A stretch of 64,000 nucleotides of DNA. It comes from Deferribacterales bacterium. GTDB lineage: Bacteria; Chrysiogenota; Deferribacteres; Deferribacterales; Geovibrionaceae. Positions 59,160 through 64,000 of this stretch are shown piece by piece; positions within the stretch are counted from its first letter, which is position 1; the number at the start of each line of letters is the position of its first letter. The translations under genes were made by a program, and so were the position numbers. The notes under the pieces were generated by a model. The model made no database searches, had not been told where the DNA came from, and worked only from the letters and a program-made list of their open reading frames with translations. Where the stretch lies: NCBI GenBank assembly GCA_050251945.1, contig JBFWLW010000006.1, positions 96,039 to 160,038 of the forward strand, written 5' to 3'.

Positions 59160-60554
59160 TCAACCTCCGATTCCGAATACTTTTCTGGCATCGGTTATGG
59201 TGCCTGTGACGGCTGCCGCAACTGCCATAACGGGTGAAACAAGGAGTGTTCTGCCTGTGGCGGAACCCTGTCTGCCTTTAAAGTTTCTGTTTGAAGTGGA
59301 TGCGCTTATCTGTCTGCCGACGAGTTTGTCGGGGTTCATTGCAAGACACATTGAACAGCCCGGCTCCCGCCACTCGAAACCTGCCTCGATGAAAATCTTG
59401 TCAAGACCTTCCGCTTCCGCCTGTTTCTTAACGTTATATGACCCGGGAACCGCCAGCGCGCGTACGCCTGCCGCAACTTTGCGACCCTTAGCGTATTTAG
59501 CCGCTTCGCGGAAGTCCTCTATTCTGCCGTTTGTACAGCTTCCGATGAATACCACGTCAACTTTTTTGCCGTCCATCTTTTCGCCTGCGGCAAAGCCTGT
59601 GTATTCAAGAGCCTCTGCCATAACCTCGTTGGTCACCGCGGGGATGCTCTGTGAAATGCCAATCGCCTGTTCGGGAGTGATACCCCATGTCACCATGGGT
59701 TCTATATCTTCGCCCTTAAAGGTAACAACGTCGTCGTAAACCGCGTCCGCGTCGGACTTCATGCTGTTCCAGTAAGCAACGGCTTTGTCCCAGTCCTTAG
59801 GAGCATAGGGCTTGCCTTTAAGGTAGGCGTAAGTTGTTTCGTCGGGGTTGATGTATCCCACGCGTGCGCCGCCCTCGATAGCCATGTTGCAGACTGTCAT
59901 TCTGCCTTCCATGCTCATGTTTTTAATAACGTCGCCGCAGAATTCGTATGCGTAACCGATACCGCCGTTAACGCCGAGCTTGCTTATTATATAGAGGATA
60001 ACGTCTTTGGCATAGACGCCCTCGTTGAGTTTGCCTGTGATCTCCACTTTGCGCACTTTAAAAGGAGCAATTGCCATTGTCTGGGTTGCCAGCACGTCGC
60101 GAACCTGTGAAGTTCCGATGCCGAACGCGATAGCTCCGAAAGCACCATGGGTTGCCGTGTGGCTGTCTCCGCAGGCTATAGTTGTTCCCGGCTGTGTGAC
60201 GCCCTGTTCGGGACCCACGATATGCACAACTCCCTGACGCTCCGTCTCGGGGTTAAAGAAGGTGATGCTATTCTCTTTCGTGTTGCGCTCGATAGCCTGA
60301 AACATCTCTTCCGCCATGGGATCCGCAAGCGGTCTTTTGCGCGCGTCGCCCTCTGTGGGGATGATGTGGTCAACAGTTGCGAATGTTCTCTGAGGAAACG
60401 CAACTTTGATGTTCTGCTCTTTCAGCATGGCGAAAGCCTGCGGGCTTGTGACCTCGTGGATGAGGTGCATGCCGATAAAAAGCTGGGTCTGTCCGTTGGG
60501 AAGCACACGAACCGTATGAGCATCCCAAACCTTTTGTAAAAGGCTCTTTCCCAT
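59160..60554 (-). CDS. leuC: 3-isopropylmalate dehydratase large subunit
   Basis: [51 protein letters not shown]. Confidence 0.97.
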   Translation of the reverse strand: MGKSLLQKVWDAHTVRVLPNGQTQLFIGMHLIHEVTSPQAFAMLKEQNIKVAFPQRTFATVDHIIPTEGDARKRPLADPMAEEMFQAIERNTKENSITFFNPETERQGVVHIVGPEQGVTQPGTTIACGDSHTATHGAFGAIAFGIGTSQVRDVLATQTMAIAPFKVRKVEITGKLNEGVYAKDVILYIISKLGVNGGIGYAYEFCGDVIKNMSMEGRMTVCNMAIEGGARVGYINPDETTYAYLKGKPYAPKDWDKAVAYWNSMKSDADAVYDDVVTFKGEDIEPMVTWGITPEQAIGISQSIPAVTNEVMAEALEYTGFAAGEKMDGKKVDVVFIGSCTNGRIEDFREAAKYAKGRKVAAGVRALAVPGSYNVKKQAEAEGLDKIFIEAGFEWREPGCSMCLAMNPDKLVGRQISASTSNRNFKGRQGSATGRTLLVSPVMAVAAAVTGTITDARKVFGIGG

Positions 60555-60578
60555 ATATTTCTCCTTTAATCTCTTATC

Positions 60579-60613
60579 TCCCCCTTTGACTAAAGGGGGA
60601 TTAAGGGGGATTT
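60579..60613. repeat. Short C/G-run REP-like element in the leuC leader
   Basis: TCCCCCTTT-GACT-AAAGGGGGA-TT-AAGGGGGA-TTT: a hairpin plus a duplicated arm. Confidence 0.55.
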
Positions 60614-60632
60614 ACATTGATAGCGGCTTATG

Positions 60633-60661
60633 ATTCTGTACAATACTCCCGCTGATGTCAA
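60633..60661 (-). promoter_or_regulatory. Putative sigma70 promoter for leuCD
   Basis: TTGACA, 17 bp spacer, CAGAAT on the minus strand. Confidence 0.45.
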
Positions 60662-60712
60662 ATGTAAATAGAAAAGTTTGATTAGCTTTAACAAAGTTCA
60701 GGGAAAATGGAT

Positions 60713-61063
60713 TCATATGCAACGAACGGTCTTTCCCTCTTTTGTCATTTCAGAAATACAGATATTCAGCAAAACTTTAAGTTCTTCTTTAATCTCAATT
60801 GAAGAGTTTTCCCGCACTTTCAGTTCTTCAACTATACCAAATCTAAAACTTTTCCCTTTTTCAAGATTCCATTCATTTTGAAGTTCTTTGTTCCTGTGAC
60901 TGCCGAAATTAAGCTCAGTCCTGTGTCTGTTGAGTAAAGACTCAACATCTGTACCGAACCCCGTAAAGCACAGCCCGTACTTCGTTTCGATGCAGAATAT
61001 TCCGGCTATAGGTTTTCTCTTTTTAAATTGCTCTTTCAGCGACTTCTTTGCCATGTCATTCAT
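60713..61063 (-). CDS. Small GIY-YIG-like protein with degenerate motif
   Basis: K..LKEQFK..K...GIFCI...FTG...D...NRH..EL..GSH.N.ELQ.EW......F.F.IVEEL, typical of the LuxR/ArsR-associated GIY-YIG-like group. ATG 61063 overlaps the upstream stop. Confidence 0.72.
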   Translation of the reverse strand: MNDMAKKSLKEQFKKRKPIAGIFCIETKYGLCFTGFGTDVESLLNRHRTELNFGSHRNKELQNEWNLEKGKSFRFGIVEELKVRENSSIEIKEELKVLLNICISEMTKEGKTVRCI

Positions 61064-61571
61064 TGAAGGTTTCCTCCGAAACCCGTTCAATATACAAACG
61101 AACATCTTCAGGCCAGCGGCGCACATATTCGTAAAAACGTTGTCCTTCATCTGCATAGAGCGCTCTCACAGCTTCCTCATATCCTGCCATATCCCCGCAG
61201 AGAGATGTTATAATTCTGTATACGGCATCTTTTGCACGTCTCTGATCCTCTTTCGGATCCTTTCTCGCTTCGTCTATCAATCTTCGCAAAGCAACTGATG
61301 CCCCGCCCGGCTGGGAGTTAAGCCAGTCCCAATGACGTGGCAGGAGCGTCACCTCTCTCGGCACAACGCCAAGCCTGGGTCGACCGCGACCCTTTGTTTT
61401 TTCTGCCGGATAGTTCACCCCAATATCAGTCTGTGCTCCGGTTGCATCGCAAAACACAAGCACCCCGCCACCGGTTTGCCCTGTTCCAGTCTGCGCAACC
61501 ACAGCCGCCACCTCTTGCAATGTCCCGCAGCCAAGACACTCAAAATCTTTAAATACAGTATATTTTTCCAT
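61056..61571 (-). CDS. DUF2239-family protein
   Basis: LVF.D.TG...D and GRGRPRLGVVPREVTLLPRHWDWLNSQPGGASVALRRLID...GYEEA.RALYA...WPEDVR. Confidence 0.88.
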   Translation of the reverse strand: MEKYTVFKDFECLGCGTLQEVAAVVAQTGTGQTGGGVLVFCDATGAQTDIGVNYPAEKTKGRGRPRLGVVPREVTLLPRHWDWLNSQPGGASVALRRLIDEARKDPKEDQRRAKDAVYRIITSLCGDMAGYEEAVRALYADEGQRFYEYVRRWPEDVRLYIERVSEETFNE

Positions 61572-61591
61572 TTATTTGATCCTCTGCCTGA

Positions 61592-61640
61592 TTTTTACCC
61601 GTATAAAATTATTTTGTCAATATATTTTACCCGGGTAAAA
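61592..61640 (-). promoter_or_regulatory. Promoter with two 16-bp palindromic operators upstream of the DUF2239 gene
   Basis: TTTTACCCGGGTAAAA (61625-61640, perfect) and TTTTACCCGTATAAAA (61593-61608) flank TTGACA (minus, 61620-61615); candidate -10 TAAAAA at 17 bp spacing. Confidence 0.7.
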
Positions 61641-61683
61641 ACATCTTAAACCTATAAACATAGCAATGAAGCTCAATTTTCTC

Positions 61684-61712
61684 TTGATTTTTAACCGTGG
61701 CGATTATATATA
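61684..61712 (+). promoter_or_regulatory. sigma70-type promoter of groESL
   Basis: TTGATT, 17 bp spacer, TATATA just upstream of CIRCE. Confidence 0.55.
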
Positions 61713-61720
61713 TTCACTTG

Positions 61721-61747
61721 TTAGCACTCTGCCCTATTGAGTGCCAA
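61721..61747 (+). promoter_or_regulatory. CIRCE element (HrcA operator)
   Basis: TTAGCACTC-N9-GAGTGCCAA, one mismatch to TTAGCACTC-N9-GAGTGCTAA, upstream of groES. Confidence 0.95.
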
Positions 61748-61800
61748 CAAAATTACAAAGACTTCTTAAAACAAGTAATAGAGGAAATGGAGGAAACAAA

Positions 61801-62094
61801 ATGGCATCAATCAAACCTCTTCAGGACAGGATTATTGTCAAACGCTTTGAATCCGAAGAAAAAACAGCTTCGGGCATCATCATCCCCGACAGTGCGAAAG
61901 AGAAACCCATGGAAGGCGAAGTTATCGCCGTCGGTCCCGGACGCACATACGACAACGGCAACAAAATGGAAATGACCGTTAAAGTCGGCGACAAAGTTCT
62001 GTTTGCAAAATATGCAGGTACAGAGATCAAATTTGACGGTCAGGAATACCTCATAATGAGAGAAGATGACATCCTTGGCGTAATTGCGAAATAA
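61801..62094 (+). CDS. groES: Co-chaperonin GroES
   Basis: [41 protein letters not shown] 61801 with GGAGG RBS. Confidence 0.98.
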   Translation: MASIKPLQDRIIVKRFESEEKTASGIIIPDSAKEKPMEGEVIAVGPGRTYDNGNKMEMTVKVGDKVLFAKYAGTEIKFDGQEYLIMREDDILGVIAK

Positions 62095-62111
62095 CACGCC
62101 CAATCCATTAA

Positions 62112-63776
<1,665 letters not shown>

Positions 63777-63874
63777 TTCCTGAAAAGGATTTGCACCGAT
63801 CCCCTACTGCTTGTAACTTGCTTCAACGCACAGTTACATCAATAACATCGCAAGTCACAAAAACCCCGTCGAAA

Positions 63875-64000
63875 TGAACTGTATCCTTAAATTAGGACAC
63901 TAATAAAAAGCCCCTTAGCGAATAGCTAAAGGGCTTTTTTTCGTATACACTAAATTTAAAGGAGAGAGTTCATGCTCGAACGTGAGTTTACCCCCGAAGA
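63875..64000 (+). mobile_element. Probable IS3-family insertion sequence, left end, truncated by the window
   Basis: Begins 5'-TGAACTGTATCCTTAAATTAGGACAC, resembling IS3/IS150-group left inverted repeats (TGAACTG...GACA). RBS AAGGAG and ATG 63972 give MLEREFTPE, like an OrfA start (..R.FT.EFK). Abuts a half terminator. Confidence 0.6.
63905..63941 (+). terminator. Terminator-like hairpin inside the putative IS left end
   Basis: AAAAAGCCCC-TTAGC-GAATA-GCTAA-AGGGC-TTTTTTT. Confidence 0.7.

Noticed and set aside
61697..61800. Upstream extension of groES and the overlapping 92-aa ORF
   Set aside because: Overlaps the promoter and CIRCE; ATG 61801 has a strong GGAGG RBS and gives a standard-length GroES.

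Overview
Bacterial chromosomal window. Gene content and protein style suggest a Gram-negative anaerobe, possibly Deferribacterota; this is an inference, not a search result. Bases 1-2.2 kb carry a recA-pilT-recX operon (recX truncated at the window edge). From 2355 to 32626 a ~30 kb, 27-gene glycan-tailoring island sits between recA and pgpA-cinA. It encodes five radical SAM enzymes with SPASM/Twitch-like tails, a GT2 glycosyltransferase fused to a B12-dependent (HpnJ-like) radical SAM enzyme, a GT41-like protein glycosyltransferase, a split transketolase, four methyltransferases, a Glf-like mutase, three NAD-dependent epimerases, a sulfotransferase with its own CysD/CysNC PAPS supply, and further glycosyltransferases. 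No polymerase, flippase or sugar nucleotidyltransferase is recognisable in the island. The rest is mostly core genes: cinA, pgpA, hisBHA, secA, rpsU, four tRNAs-tig-clpP-clpX-lon, ppdK, glyS, leuCD and CIRCE-groES-groEL. Smaller accessory items are an MBOAT/SGNH acylation pair, a globin-PsiE fusion that seems to lack the heme histidine, REP-like repeats, a DUF2239/GIY-YIG-like module with a twin palindromic operator, and a probable IS3-family element inserted into the loop of the groEL terminator at the right edge. All calls come from motif recognition by eye; no searches were run.
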